This document shows, in pieces, positions 25,233-37,200 of a stretch of 64,000 nucleotides of DNA; the first letter of the stretch is position 1; every line of letters starts with the position of its first letter. The stretch is from Lama glama (lineage: Eukaryota). Under the pieces are notes generated by a model. The model made no database searches, was not told the origin of the DNA, and saw nothing but the letters and a program-made list of their open reading frames with translations. Location of the stretch: contig CM052838.1 of the NCBI GenBank assembly GCA_028534125.1, forward strand, positions 46,562,001 through 46,626,000, given 5' to 3'. The position numbers and the translations under genes were made by a program.

Positions 25233-25658
25233 CACCTGGGGCACAAAGCTGGGTGCCCCACAACGCTTTGGGAAAACACTTTAGCCTAAGAGAACAATCA
25301 CAGATATAAAAACTTCATGCTCTAAAGCGTTCACTGTAATGTTATTTGTATTTAAAAAAATTCTAATAGGAGACATTTCCTCTGTAAAATAAAGCATATA
25401 TCCATGAGCACTCATGCATTCAAATTACAGAAAACATACATGTTGTAAGGCAAAATTACAGATATGAATCATAGCCATTGGAAACCAAATACATAAAAAA
25501 AAGTTAACACAAGTTTTCAGGGTAATGGGACATGGGCAATATTTTTCTATTTTTTTCTTTAATGAATTTTGCACAATGACAAGACACTTTTATGGTGGGG
25601 GGGAACCCTAACATCAAAAGGCTTAGTTATAAACTTTTAAATGTTAACTCCTTACCAT

Positions 25659-25748
25659 TTATGTTGCTTTCACAGCTGGAGTTTTTTTAGACCTTAACTT
25701 GAAGTATAAGACTAACAAAGCAATGCTTCCATACGTGGCCAGAACACA
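25659..25748 (-). CDS. ATP5MK: ATP5MK coding exon 2 (58 aa in total)
   Basis: ttcag|TGT...; CVLATYGSIALLVLYFKLRSKKTPAVKAT*, one hydrophobic stretch. The exon continues 3 nt past TAA to a gtaagg donor (exon end 25656). Confidence 0.96.
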   Translation of the reverse strand, partial: CVLATYGSIALLVLYFKLRSKKTPAVKAT

Positions 25749-25837
25749 CTGAAAAAGAAAGGAAAAAGTAAACAAGGCTGTTGTCACACCTGTATTACTC
25801 TAAAACATAACTGCTTAAAGGTATCATTAATACTTAC

Positions 25838-25924
25838 ATTCATTCTCCCTGTGAGAGTGTAAGAGTTGAAATATTTTTTGATGCCAGTGAAATGGAATTG
25901 GGCATCAGTTTCTGGACCTGCCAT
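25838..25924 (-). CDS. ATP5MK: ATP5MK (USMG5/DAPIT, ATP synthase membrane subunit k), coding exon 1
   Basis: Minus strand ttaaaag|actgaaatcATG (exon starts at 25933); MAGPETDAQFHFTGIKKYFNSYTLTGRMN|gtaagt. Too short for the ORF track. Confidence 0.96.
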
Positions 25925-27095
25925 GATTTCAGTCTTTTAAAAAAAGAAAGAAAGGAATACATTGGTTTGGATGCAATTTAAAAGAATAATTTTTAATTAA
26001 AAAATTCAAAAAGTCACTGCATATAAATATTGCAAATTTTATATATGCCTCACCCAACAAAGCAGCAAAGTGGTGGAAAAAAATCTTGCTGATAAGAAAT
26101 TTTTGGAAAGAAGGACTTTATCTTGGTTGCTATTACTCAACACTCCAGAATATACATCAAATCACTCAGCATAGGAGGAGAACACAGTAGTCTCTTAAGT
26201 CCATCGTCCAACCCAGTGTAACCTGCTTTCATTGCTGGCTCTTATCTATGCCATAGTGTACTGTACATGGAATTAGTCAGTTTTAAGACTAGTTGAAAGC
26301 TAGTGGAACTTGTGATACTTTTCAAAGTTTCTCATAGAGGTAGCCAGCAACTAAACAGCTCACCTTGCAATCCTTCTTTTTACAATTTTTCCTATAAATA
26401 TTTTAGGACCTCCATGTGAAGGGAGAGAAGGGATCATTTACTAGATTGAGTTGATACGTACTGCTGGTGATGAGGAAGCTGAAACCAAAAATGCTGAAAA
26501 ATACATGGGTAAATATTTTAATCATCTTAGGCAAGAGAAAATACAAAGGTGGCCAAAGTAAAAATGTGAAACATAGAAAGATAAACTCATGATCAGAGAA
26601 ATGTAAAATCAGACTAAAATCTAACTATCAGATTAGCAAAGATAAGTTTATAGTAAGCAGTAGTAGTGAGAATGTGGGAAAATAAACAGTCCCTCTGTTG
26701 CCAGAAGGGAGTGTAAACTGGTGTAATGCTCTTAATGTGCAATTTTGCAATATCTATCAAATTATAAAATTCGTATACCCCTTCATCTAGCTGGCTCATT
26801 TGTTCTCTAGGAATTTATCCTTTTAGAAATGTTACAAAGTGGAACGATGCTAATGGTTCAGGGATGGTAACTGAAATATAGTTTATGAAAATAAAAAACT
26901 GGAAGAACCAAAAATCCACCTACAAGAGACATAAATGAGTTTCCATTGGAGGAAATAAAATGCATGTAGATCTTTATATATAGACAGGGAAAGATATTCC
27001 CATGCACATAGATCTTTACGTACTGACACAGAAAGATGTCCCTATGTAATGTTAAACATTAAAAAAATCCTATTTCTGGACATTATAGAGCACAT

Positions 27096-27256
27096 CAATG
27101 ATTCTCAAAGTCTGGTTCCTAGACTGTCAGCATCAGTGAAAATGTCTTAGAAACCCAATTTCTCAGGCCTATTGAATCAGAAACTGGCGCCCAGCATCTG
27201 TTGTAATATGCCCTCTGGGTGATTCTAATACATGTTAAAGTTCGAAAAACATTGCA
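27096..27256. mobile_element. MER5A-like MITE (also ~12149-12385, ~48196-48366)
   Basis: ttctcaaagt...gcatcag...gaatcagaaact...ggtgattct blocks. Confidence 0.6.
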
Positions 27257-27432
27257 GTAACAGAAGTAGAAAACCAAATGCTTATTAGTAATTACATATT
27301 AAAAAAACAAAACAAAACCCTGTAAGAACATATAGCAAACTTTTAAGACGGGCTACACCTATAGAACGTATGTATTTTACAACAGCATGTATTTCTTTCA
27401 AAATTAAAAAGATAGTAAAGGCATATTCAAAG

Positions 27433-27581
27433 GTCATCAGAACAACACTCGAAAATTCGTCTGTATGACCGCCTATCTACCACGACCGACGCCACGCCGA
27501 GTCGATTGGCAACATAGACGAGCCGGTCGAGGTCCGGTCGAGATTGGTAGGCAGTGGCAGTGACTCAGCTGGCTCTTGATG
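27433..27581 (-). ncRNA. MIR1307: microRNA miR-1307 precursor
   Basis: The minus strand carries ACUCGGCGUGGCGUCGGUCGUG (3p arm, 27481-27502) and UCGACCGGACCUCGACCGGCU (5p arm, 27521-27541). Both match mature miR-1307 as recalled, and the arms pair. Same strand as the host gene ATP5MK. Confidence 0.95.
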
Positions 27582-28585
27582 AAAGAGTGGGAGACACCTC
27601 TGAGGAAGCTGTTGCTATGGAAACTGGCACTTTCCTCTTTACCATTCAAAGGCCTCCAGAGGCATTCACGTGCAAAGAGTTGGCAATGAAAATGTGGACA
27701 AGTGATCTTAATCGTGAACGGTTTCAAGGTTCATGGAGCAATGAAGGATTCCAAACTTCCTTAGGCCTCCTCAGGAGCCTTGGCCAGTCCAGTCCAAGGA
27801 GGAAAATCTCCATTAAAAGAAATCTTTATGATGTAGCTTTTATATTATCTCATTTCAGCCAATTTACTAAAAACATACTTTTCTATTATCTTCAGGATAG
27901 ATTTTTGGATTCTTACAGCATCAAGTGGGTTTCTAGGAGAAACTCTACAGAAAACAAGGGCTTAACTTTGTCAAATTATTAACTAACAATCCCCACTACC
28001 TTGTGTCTAACAAAAAATTTCAGGAGAATGTGGTGTCCAACTGAAAGAATATTAAGGTGTTTTAATTTATCTCTACATAATATAGAAGGAAGGCTGGTGT
28101 CACAGAGAACTAATTCTGACTGCAGCGAAGGGCATGGTATAGGAATTGCAATTTAGTCTAGGTCTTAAAGGAAGACTCTTCAAACGCTGAGATGGAGGAG
28201 GAAGTGGAATGTTGCTGATAAACAACTGGACCAAAGCCTGCAAACTATTGATTTGTACCGTCAGCAAACTGCAGGTACTTTTGGGCAAAGATCAGGAATC
28301 TTTGTGTTAGTGTCCTTTGTGGAATAATTGAACTGATACTTGCTTTTAAGTCATACTTAAGTTAAGAAGACATTAGTGAAGGAGAAAATTACCTAAGGCT
28401 AAAAATAACCATACTAATTGTTAAACGGAAGCCTATGGCAAAATCTAAGCAATAGGATCTTCCCTTTTGTTTCTAATTAAGAAGCGAACCCACTATTCAA
28501 TACAATTAATTTTTCATGCCTCTCTTCACCAGTGAAATGGGCATTCCAGAAAAGGCCCAAAGTTTTGACCAACTGCCTTTTCCAT

Positions 28586-28727
28586 TTTGTTTTTTTTTTT
28601 TTTTTTTTTGCAGGGGCTGGTAGTTAGGTTTATTTATTTATTTATTTTTAGAGGCAGTAGTGGAGATTGAATCCAGGAACTTGTGTATGCTAAGACTGTG
28701 CTCTACCACTTGAGCTACACCTATCCA
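28586..28727 (-). mobile_element. tRNA-derived SINE (Vic-1-like)
   Basis: Reverse-complement A/B boxes with a poly-T tail on the + strand. Confidence 0.75.
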
Positions 28728-29426
28728 ACCCATTTTCTGTTTCTTGATACTGCTGTTTTCCTGTATGGACACCTACCTGGAATGCTGAGATCATTAAGTG
28801 AAGGAGGCAAAAACGAGTGAGAGCCGCTCAGGTACCAGAAGCAGCCTCCTGCACTTCAAGTTTACAGCTCTCTGTTCTCGCTACCTCCTAGAAAATGCCT
28901 TCCCGCTGACCAAACACAGACTGAAATCTAACCCGCTTATCGCGGGCCTGGCGAAGTGCAGGCCCGCTTGACAAAGACGGTAGCACAGCCCGGCTAAAGG
29001 AGGCCTGGCTGGCCAGCTTTCTAAGCACAGCTCAGCGGAAACAAACTGCTTTGGGCATACAGAGAAGAGGGTCATTTAACCGAAGGTAGGGTCAGAAGCC
29101 TGAGTTCTCGTCCAATGTTACGTCACTGGGTGACCTTGGGGGACTCCCCTCGCTGCGCGCCTCATTTTTCTCCCCTGGAAAATGTATCCTAAGGGCTTTT
29201 AGGAGCTGGGGGTGGGGAGGCCTTTACCTCGCACCGAGGCTTCCGGGTCACTGTCCGAACCCTCTCGCCCGGCCCTAATTTTCCCTAATTTTTTTCGACT
29301 CATCACCACTCTCACCCCACCAAAGCAAAAAACTCGCGGTGTGCCCGGACCAGGAACAAGTCGTTTCTAAGCAAGCCTCGCAAAGCGGACGCGCGAGGTC
29401 CAAACCCGGGCTCCCTCCCCACCTAC

Positions 29427-29505
29427 CTTCCAAAAGACACCAACTCCGAAGCCTGTGTCCTTCAGCGTACGCAGCTGCCCCTCGGCCCACCCGGAAGAAG
29501 CCACC
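29427..29505 (-). other. ATP5MK: ATP5MK candidate non-coding first exon
   Basis: Strong minus-strand donor GAAG|gtaggt at 29426 inside the CpG island. Alternative donors: TAG|gtaagg (exon end 29534) and GAG|gtaaag (exon end 29228). 5' end approximate. Confidence 0.6.
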
Positions 29506-29689
29506 TCCCCCGCACGCGTTCAACAGGCCTTACCTATTCGGCCTTCTGCGTCGATTGGCTACGGCTCGAAGTCCCGCCCTTCCGCTTCCGGTCTCTCAAT
29601 CTCCTCCCCCCGCCCTTTAGGACTTAGTACTGTGTAGTAACGGAAGTAGGGCGTTGAGCCCGCCCACGCTTCCGGAAGAGGAGCGTTGG

Positions 29690-29768
29690 GCTTCCGGTGT
29701 AGTAGACTCCGCGTGCGTGATTATAGTGGCGCGGCCTCCAAAGTAGAAGTGCTGGCGTCCCGGGGCTG
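29690..29768 (+). other. PDCD11: PDCD11 non-coding exon 1
   Basis: Strong donor CTG|gtgagt at 29769; next acceptor at 31163 just before the ATG; start approximate. Confidence 0.7.
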
Positions 29769-30743
29769 GTGAGTACGGGCAAAGGCGACAAAGGAGGAAA
29801 CGTTGTGGCTTCCAGATCTGTCCCAGGACTAGGTCCTCCGGGTCCCTGCCATGTACCTGCAGTGCCAGCCCCCGCTCAGAAGCCGGCTCTGCTCGAGTGG
29901 CTCCTGTAACGTCAGGATCTGTCCCCGGGGCATAGCTTAAGTCTCTGCCCCTGGGTCGCTTTACTCTTTGAAGCTTCAGTTTCCCCTTGTCTGAAATGAG
30001 ATTTAGGGTCAAATTCCCAGCAAACTGGACCCAACTGCATTTTCCTGTTTCTCAGAAACACACATCCACTCCTGATTCCAACTCCGAAACTGCTTTGAGT
30101 TCCCCACCTCTTACAGTCTCAAGCCTTTCTAGATTCTTACTCCCAAGTGTCTCTCAGAACCAACCCCTCTTATATTCCGTTCTTACTTATACCCAGTTCT
30201 GGTCTCATGGTTCTCTGTTGTACTGTAATTGAATCCTTCTACCCAGCGTACCTTCCTTCAGTTCTTTCTCTTCCTGTCCAATCTACAGTACACATATTTT
30301 TTGACTACTGTTCTATCTTTTACCCTACTTAAGGCTCTGACTTGCCAAAGTAAGCGTTAATTTACTCATATCTAATTAAAGATCTTCCACACAAAAGCCT
30401 AAGCTCCTTTTTAAGTTTTATTCACCTTGTGGTCTAGTTGAACAGTTCTTCAAAGGCAAAAGCAGGCTTTTGAGCAGTTGTTTGACAGACATATTGCTGG
30501 TGCTTATTGAAATTGGCTTTTCCTATTCCATCCTTTTCCTCACATTCCTTCTGCTTTTCCCTTTCCACCTGTCCAAATCCTGTTCATCTTTTAACATTCA
30601 GCTCAAAGGCATCTTCTTTAGGAAGTTTGCCTCCTTTACTGAAGCCTCATTATTTTCTATGTTTTTATCAGTAGTTTATAATCTGATTTATACTTTAACT
30701 TATTTGCATAATTGTATTATCCTCTTAAAAGTATGCATGTTCT

Positions 30744-30835
30744 GGGGTGGGGAATAGCTCAGTGGTAAAGCAGGTGCTTAGCATGCATAAGCTCCTGGGT
30801 TCCTTCCCCAGTACCTCCATTTAAAAAAATTTTTT
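30744..30835 (+). mobile_element. tRNA-derived SINE (Vic-1-like)
   Basis: ATAGCTCAGTGGT...CCTGGGTTC; degenerate TSD aagtatgcatgttct/aaatatacatattct. Confidence 0.8.
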
Positions 30836-31174
30836 TAAATATACATATTCTTTGAAGGTAGGGGGTTATATGTTTGTTTGTGTATCTGTGACTTAACTGA
30901 AGCTGCTTAATGATATTTACTACATTGACTCTATAACTTATTTTTCTGGAGGAAAATGTGTGGACTTGTGGTGTTGAATCAAAGACCTTTGGAAAGATAA
31001 ATTATGGATTATCTGTTGCCTGGCATCAAACCATCTATTTTTTAGTCGTGAATGCTGTCTAGCACACTGGTGCTAGAAGGCTCTATATCTTGCCTGTGGA
31101 TCACAGCCTTTAGGAAATCTGATGCCAAGGTTACATCTCACCAACTCTTTGCATTGTTTTTAGGAGGCCCAAAC

Positions 31175-31276
31175 ATGGCAACCATGGAAGAAAGCTTCCC
31201 CCGAGGGGGTACAAGAAAGACCCACAAATCAGAGAAAGCTTTCCAGTACTCAGTTGAACATGACAACTTATTTGAT
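31175..31276 (+). CDS. PDCD11: PDCD11 exon 2 (coding part; exon starts at 31164)
   Basis: [12 protein letters not shown]...DNLFD|gtaagt. Confidence 0.94.
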
Positions 31277-34200
31277 GTAAGTGGTGTGCTTTTTTTGGTA
31301 AGACTCACTGAACACTTTCTCTCTGGTGTCCTTATGAAGAATATGCCTTGTCTGAGAATGTATTATTTTCCAGACTGGCTTATTTTTGAAATCCACTTTT
31401 ATAAACTGAACTTGTTAGAGAGTCCATACCACCACAAGGCTATATCTTTTGAAACATGGCATTTAGTATTTGAGTTTGCAGTGCTGTTGTTTCTTATTCT
31501 TAGGAACTTTGTTCCATGTTGGTTAAGGATGGAGAAGCAGCAGTTTGATCATTGCATTTTAAAATGAGGTTCTTGTATATAAAATGATCATAATTTGCTT
31601 TAAAATTTGAAATCTTCACCTAGAGTAGGCTGTGCTCCAAATGCAAGAGGGAAGGGAACTAACATTTGATTGTATGGCCCTTATGTCTATTTTATGTAAT
31701 CTTTCCAGCTGTACTGGGAAGTAGAGATCACCATTGCATGGTGAGGAGCTGAGGCCCAGAGAGGTTATATAATTTTGCTGAAACCCCACAGCTTGTTATG
31801 GTGGAGATGACAGTTTAACTTGGGTCTTTGTGACCCCACCTTTTATTTTCGGACATTGTTCCAAATTGCTTCTAGTGGCACCCCCATGTCTATCCCAGTT
31901 AAGGGAGGAAGAATACAGGAGAGAAGGGGCTTTTGAGAATAGATTTTGAAAACGGAGCTCATGTTTTAGGCAAAGGGAGCATTGGTGATAGAATGGGAGC
32001 ATTGGAATGGAGACAGGAATTAAAGGAATAGTTGGGAGTGGAGTGGAGTGGAGGAGTAACAAGCAAGATCACAGAAGACCTGAGACTAGAGGGAAGGGCC
32101 AGGATTGCTCTTTTCATTCTTTTGGATCTTTTTTCCCCCTTTAGATTTCTACTGAAGAAGAATCCACCAAAAGGAAAAAGAACCAGAAAGGACCAGCACA
32201 AACAAAAAAGTTGAAAATTGAAAAGAGAGAAAGCAGCAAGTTTGTAAGAGAGAAGTTTGAAATCCTTAATAAGGAGGTGTGTTAAAGCTTGATTTTGTTT
32301 TAAGCAAACTCTCTGGGTTGCTTAATTAAGTCTGTATATGTTCTTCTTCCTTCCTTATTTTTCCTTCATTCTTTTCATATGTATATAACTTGTGTCTGTA
32401 GAGATTCTTCCATTTTTTTTGTTCAGAATTGAGCATCATTTTCCTCAGTTATTAATCAGTGCCTGTGATCATGTTTTTGTTGTAGTTTGTTTTGTTTGTT
32501 ATTCTTTTTAATTGCTGAGTCCCTCATTCCAATGTCCTCAGGGAACTTGTATTTTAGTAGATTCATAAGTTAGAACAATGAATCAAGTTAGCAGTCACTC
32601 TTATTCTGCCCTTTTGTTTTATAGATGTGGGAACTATCTCAGAGAAGTGAAGCAGTCTTATTATGTTCCTTAAATTTTTAGATAAGTCTGATCCATGTTA
32701 GTTGTAAAAAAGGAAAAAAAGTCAAATGATTCTGAAGGGATAGATTCAGATTCAGCCTACAGAAATATTTTATTTGTCCTGTGTGCTACTTAAAAAAAAA
32801 AGTTTAACTTGGTGCCAACATTAGAAAACTAAAAAATTTTGTATAAAAATTTCTGGCTTGTTAAAATTTGAAAGTGCTGACCATACAAGCTCACACTCCC
32901 TCATGTTTGTAGCCACATGGAGTAGAATAGTGATTGCACCGTTTAGACATGGCATGCACACTCCAGACTGCCACTGTCTCTGCTGGCCTGCGCCCTGTAT
33001 CGTGATGCCTGCCAGGCATTTGAATTTAGGTTGCTTGGAATAAAGGAAAAGGCGAGAGTGCCCAGCAGCATCCTCGGGCTGTAAACGCTGTTGTATAATT
33101 TAAGCTTTTCGTGGTGCTCAGTCAGATGCTTGATGAGTGTACTGACATATACACATGTGAATCTCCTGTGGCTTTTATATGTCAGAGTTGGGACGTTGGG
33201 ACCAGAAGCCTGACACCCCACCCCACCCCCAACCTCCCCAATCATTGTTCTCCTCCCTGTTGTACATATTTCACTCTTTCTCTTCTAGTCCCTATGTGAG
33301 GGAATGCGGATTCTGGGTTGCGTGAAAGAGGTAAATGAACTGGACCTGGTGATTAGCCTCCCCAATGGCCTCCAGGGGGTTGTGCAAGTGACTGAAATCT
33401 GTGATGCTTACACTGAAAAGCTGAATGAGCAGGTGGCACAAGAGGAACCTCTGCAGGTAAGGGAAACCTGGATGAAATCTGTAACTGGAAATAAGCAGTA
33501 CACAAAGAGATGTAAAATTACACCTTTGCTAAGTGTTAAGAAGGAAAGGTACAAGGTACCTGAGGAAAGGAAGCCTGAGTTGAGATGGAAGGATGAGGTT
33601 ATGCTAGAGAAAGAAGGGAGGGAGTTGAGGCAGAAGGAGCCTGATGTGTAGCAGAGAGAAGGCCAGTGCGGCTGGAGCAGAGAGAGCAGGGACCGGTGGT
33701 GTGTGGGAGGCTAGAGAGCTGGGTGGAGGGCAGACCGTGTTAAAGACTGGTTTTTCTAGAATCAATGGGAAACTCTTAAAATGTTCTCATTGGGTTAGGT
33801 GACATGTAGACAGCATAGAGAATAAATTGAAGAGGCACGAATATTGCTTAGAGACTAGTTATGAGGTTATTGCCATAGTCCAGTCTCTGAGATTGATGGC
33901 AGCTTGCGTTCAGGATTTACAGAGGGCTGAGGAGGTAAAGTCAGTGCCTAGTGGTGGAGTTGATAAGGGTGGTGAGGCTGTGAGAAGTGTCAAAAATGAG
34001 TCCTAGATTTCTGTTCAGCATGACTTGACAGTCATGCTATCCTGAGATGTGAAACCCTGAAAGGGGACCTGGATTGGGAGAGATGATCATAATTTGATTT
34101 TTTTGTTATGTTGAGTTTGAGGTGCAGTTGAGACAACCAGTAGATAGGTGATCCTGAAGCTCAAGGGAGTCTGGGGTAGAAATATGAGTGTGTGAGACTT

Positions 34201-37200
34201 CTTTGTATAGGTGGTAGTTGAAGCTGTAAAGGGGGAGAAAGTTGCTCAGAATGAGAGGAGACTGAAAGACTGAGCCAACGGTAAATCCTGTATTTTAATT
34301 GCTGGATAAAAGGAGGAACATGGGGCCAGAGAGGTAAAGAAGAAAATCAGTGATTAAAGGGTTTTAGAAGATGAGAGGAAATGTTTAAAGAGAGAAAGAG
34401 CACCGATGTTAAATGCTTTGTAAAGGTCATGTAAGAGAAGGAGTGTAAGATGGACTGCTGGATTTAGCAACATGGAAGTCATTGATGATTTTCTTGGGGG
34501 ATGAAGTATGGAGTGAGGGGGTGGAATGCAGACTGCCGGGAGCTGAAGAGTGAGTAGGAGGTGAATGAGTAGGAGGTGAGGAAGTAGAGCCAGAAATCGT
34601 AGAGGATTCTTTTGACAAGTCATCTCTCTTTTACCCGTTGTGTGGAGATGTTTGGAGGCCTTTTGCTGTAATTTAAGACTGCGACTTGGCCACAGACCCC
34701 TCTTCCTTTGTGGGCGAGCAGTTACTATCTTCATCCACCTTTTGGGCTTTTTGGGATCTGAGGATAAAAAACCATTGAGCCCGGGCAGTGCAATGAATTC
34801 TCAGTTCAGGGGAAGGGTGCGTATCAGGTCTTCCTCATTTGTATTATGCAGGACCTGGTCGGCTTGCCTGAGCTCTTCTCACCTGGAATGCTGGTGAGAT
34901 GTGTGGTGAGCAGTCTGAGCATCACTCAGAGGGGCAAAAAGAATATCAAGCTATCTCTGAACCCCAAAAATGTCAACAAAGTGCTGAGTGCTGAAGCCCT
35001 GAAATCCGGCATGGTACGTATCTGGGGCCAGGGAAGAGGAGCAGGCGACGTGCCTTCTCCCTGTCCTGCCTCCTTAGGTGTGTGTAGACTGCCTTTCACT
35101 TTCAGCTTAACTATTACAATGGGGTAGGTCTTTCCCTGGGGGTGGGGGTTCTCCAGAGTGTTTTGGGCTCTTGATGGAAATTGAAGGCTTGAACCTAATC
35201 ACATTACTTTGGAGGGTAGACAGGGAAAGCAAGTCCAAGATGTGCTGGTAGGAAAAAAAAAAATGCCTCCAAGGAAATCTTAGTAAGAGTGAGAAGGAGT
35301 TCCTTGAAGTACCTTATCTTACCAAGACTTCTTCACAGATAAGCCTTAAGCCATTGGCATTTGGGGTGTATACTTGAGGACTGCTCTCTGAGAACAAGAG
35401 ACAGGGTAGACAGGGCAGTGAGTCTGTCAGTTGTACTAACAGGTAGTCTGCCACTGAACCTCCCAGTCCTGTAGAGATTCAGGGGAAATTCATCCTCGCT
35501 CAGCACCTCCAAGTTAAGTAGGTACAAAACACACTCACATGAACTATACTCACTTGAGAGAAAGGAGATCAATATGATTTTGTAACATTTGGTTAGAAGC
35601 AGTGGAGTTTGGGACAGGCCCTAAAAGTTGAGTAAAAAGGGGAATAAAAGTAAGCCAAGTTGTAGGAAATTGACAGGTGCTGAGAAGCTGCTGTTTGACA
35701 GGTGCTGTTCCAAAGAAATTTTTATAGCAACCCTGTGAGGCTGATAGAGATCTTTCTTGTACGTCTGAGAAAATAAACTGAAAAAGGTTTAAGTGGCCAA
35801 AGACCAAATAGCTCATAAGTGTCAGAGTCAGATTTGAATGCCACAGTGCCTCCCATGAAATATAAAGGAGGTTGGCAAGATTTTTTTTTTAATGTCTTGG
35901 AGGTGTTTAGAAAAGTCATGATGACAGAAGAGTAGTAGTTCTGAATTCTCATTAGTCATGGCACTGGGAGTGACCTTGCAAGGCTGTCTGGTTTATCTCT
36001 CTTTGTATAACATGAAAGCCTTTCCTGTCTTTTGAAAATCCTCCAGTGGAGAGACCTCCACCTCTGTCATACCATTATTCAACTCTTCACTGTCTGGAAA
36101 CCATAAGATCCTCCAAATCCTGGGAGAATTAAGATGTCTTTTACTCTTCTATTCTCTAGTGGGATTGAGGGGTTTTTTCCTTTTGTTTAAAAAAATTTTT
36201 TTTTAAATTGAAGTATAATTGAGGCACAATATTATACATGTTACAGGTGTACAATATAGTGACACAGTTTTTACAGGTTATACCCCATGTATAGTTGTAA
36301 TAAAATATGACGATATTCCCTGTGTTGTAGGGATTGAGGTTTTTTGGGTTTGTTTTTGTTTTTTTTTAAGTAAAGACTGGTGACTGAACCCAGGACCTCT
36401 TGCATGCTAAGAGCACGCTCTACCACTGAGCTATATCTACCCCTACTCCCTGGATTGAGATTTGAAGTTAAAGTGGGAGGCTGCGTGGGATTATGGGATG
36501 ATGTATGGAGATTGATGGTGGGAGCAGTCATGTTTGGTAATGGATGTTTGTTCATATATCCTTTGACCTTTGACTTTTGAACTTTGGAGAATGCTTTTTC
36601 TTCCTCCAGCTGCTCACAGGCACTGTGTCCAGCCTGGAAGACCATGGTTACCTAGTGGACATTGGTGTTGGTGGGGCCAGAGCTTTTCTGCCACTGCAGA
36701 AAGCCCAGGAGTACATCCGACAGAAGAACAAAGGTGAGGGGATGAAGAGGGGCCAGTACATGGTTGTGTGGGGATTATACTTAGATGCCACTTTGGTAAG
36801 TAAAATGACGGAATGATGACCTTAAAGGCTGCTTGGCTTTGCTAAAATCAGCTGTTAATCTTAGCTGGTAGAAAAGGGAAGAGGTGTCAAGGGTCAGGAA
36901 TGGCAGTCTCACTAAGATCTGATGGACCAGTTTCACTTTTGCTCACTTAGAAGATTCCACTGGAATTTGGGTCCTCAAAGCCTCTGAAGCAGCACTCTCC
37001 TGCCTTGTTGAGGTTTCCATATTTTTGCGTCACTTTGCTCCCTTCTTGTAGTTGGTCTCTGAGAGCCTGGGCACATGGGGAGTGTTGCATGGTAACCAGG
37101 CAGGTGTGCCATGGATCCTTCCGGTATTGCTTGAGCTCAAGTTAGGAGTCCTTCTCATAGAGGTATTTTCCTTTTGGGGATTGGGCTTGCAGGTGCTAAA

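Larger units (their letters stand above)
28800..29960. promoter_or_regulatory. CpG island, bidirectional ATP5MK/PDCD11 promoter
   Basis: Divergent first-exon donors (minus 29426/29533, plus 29769). At least 5 ETS/GABP-type CGGAAG/CTTCCG motifs between ~29491 and 29699, GC boxes, inverted CCAAT at 29554-29558. Confidence 0.85.

Noticed and set aside
27554-27982. 142-aa plus-strand ORF next to MIR1307
   Set aside because: Non-ATG start, antisense intronic location and no recognisable domain.
36813-36922. C/D box snoRNA candidate (ATGATGA...CTGA) in PDCD11 intron 6
   Set aside because: No terminal stem and no recognisable rRNA guide; the motifs are expected by chance.
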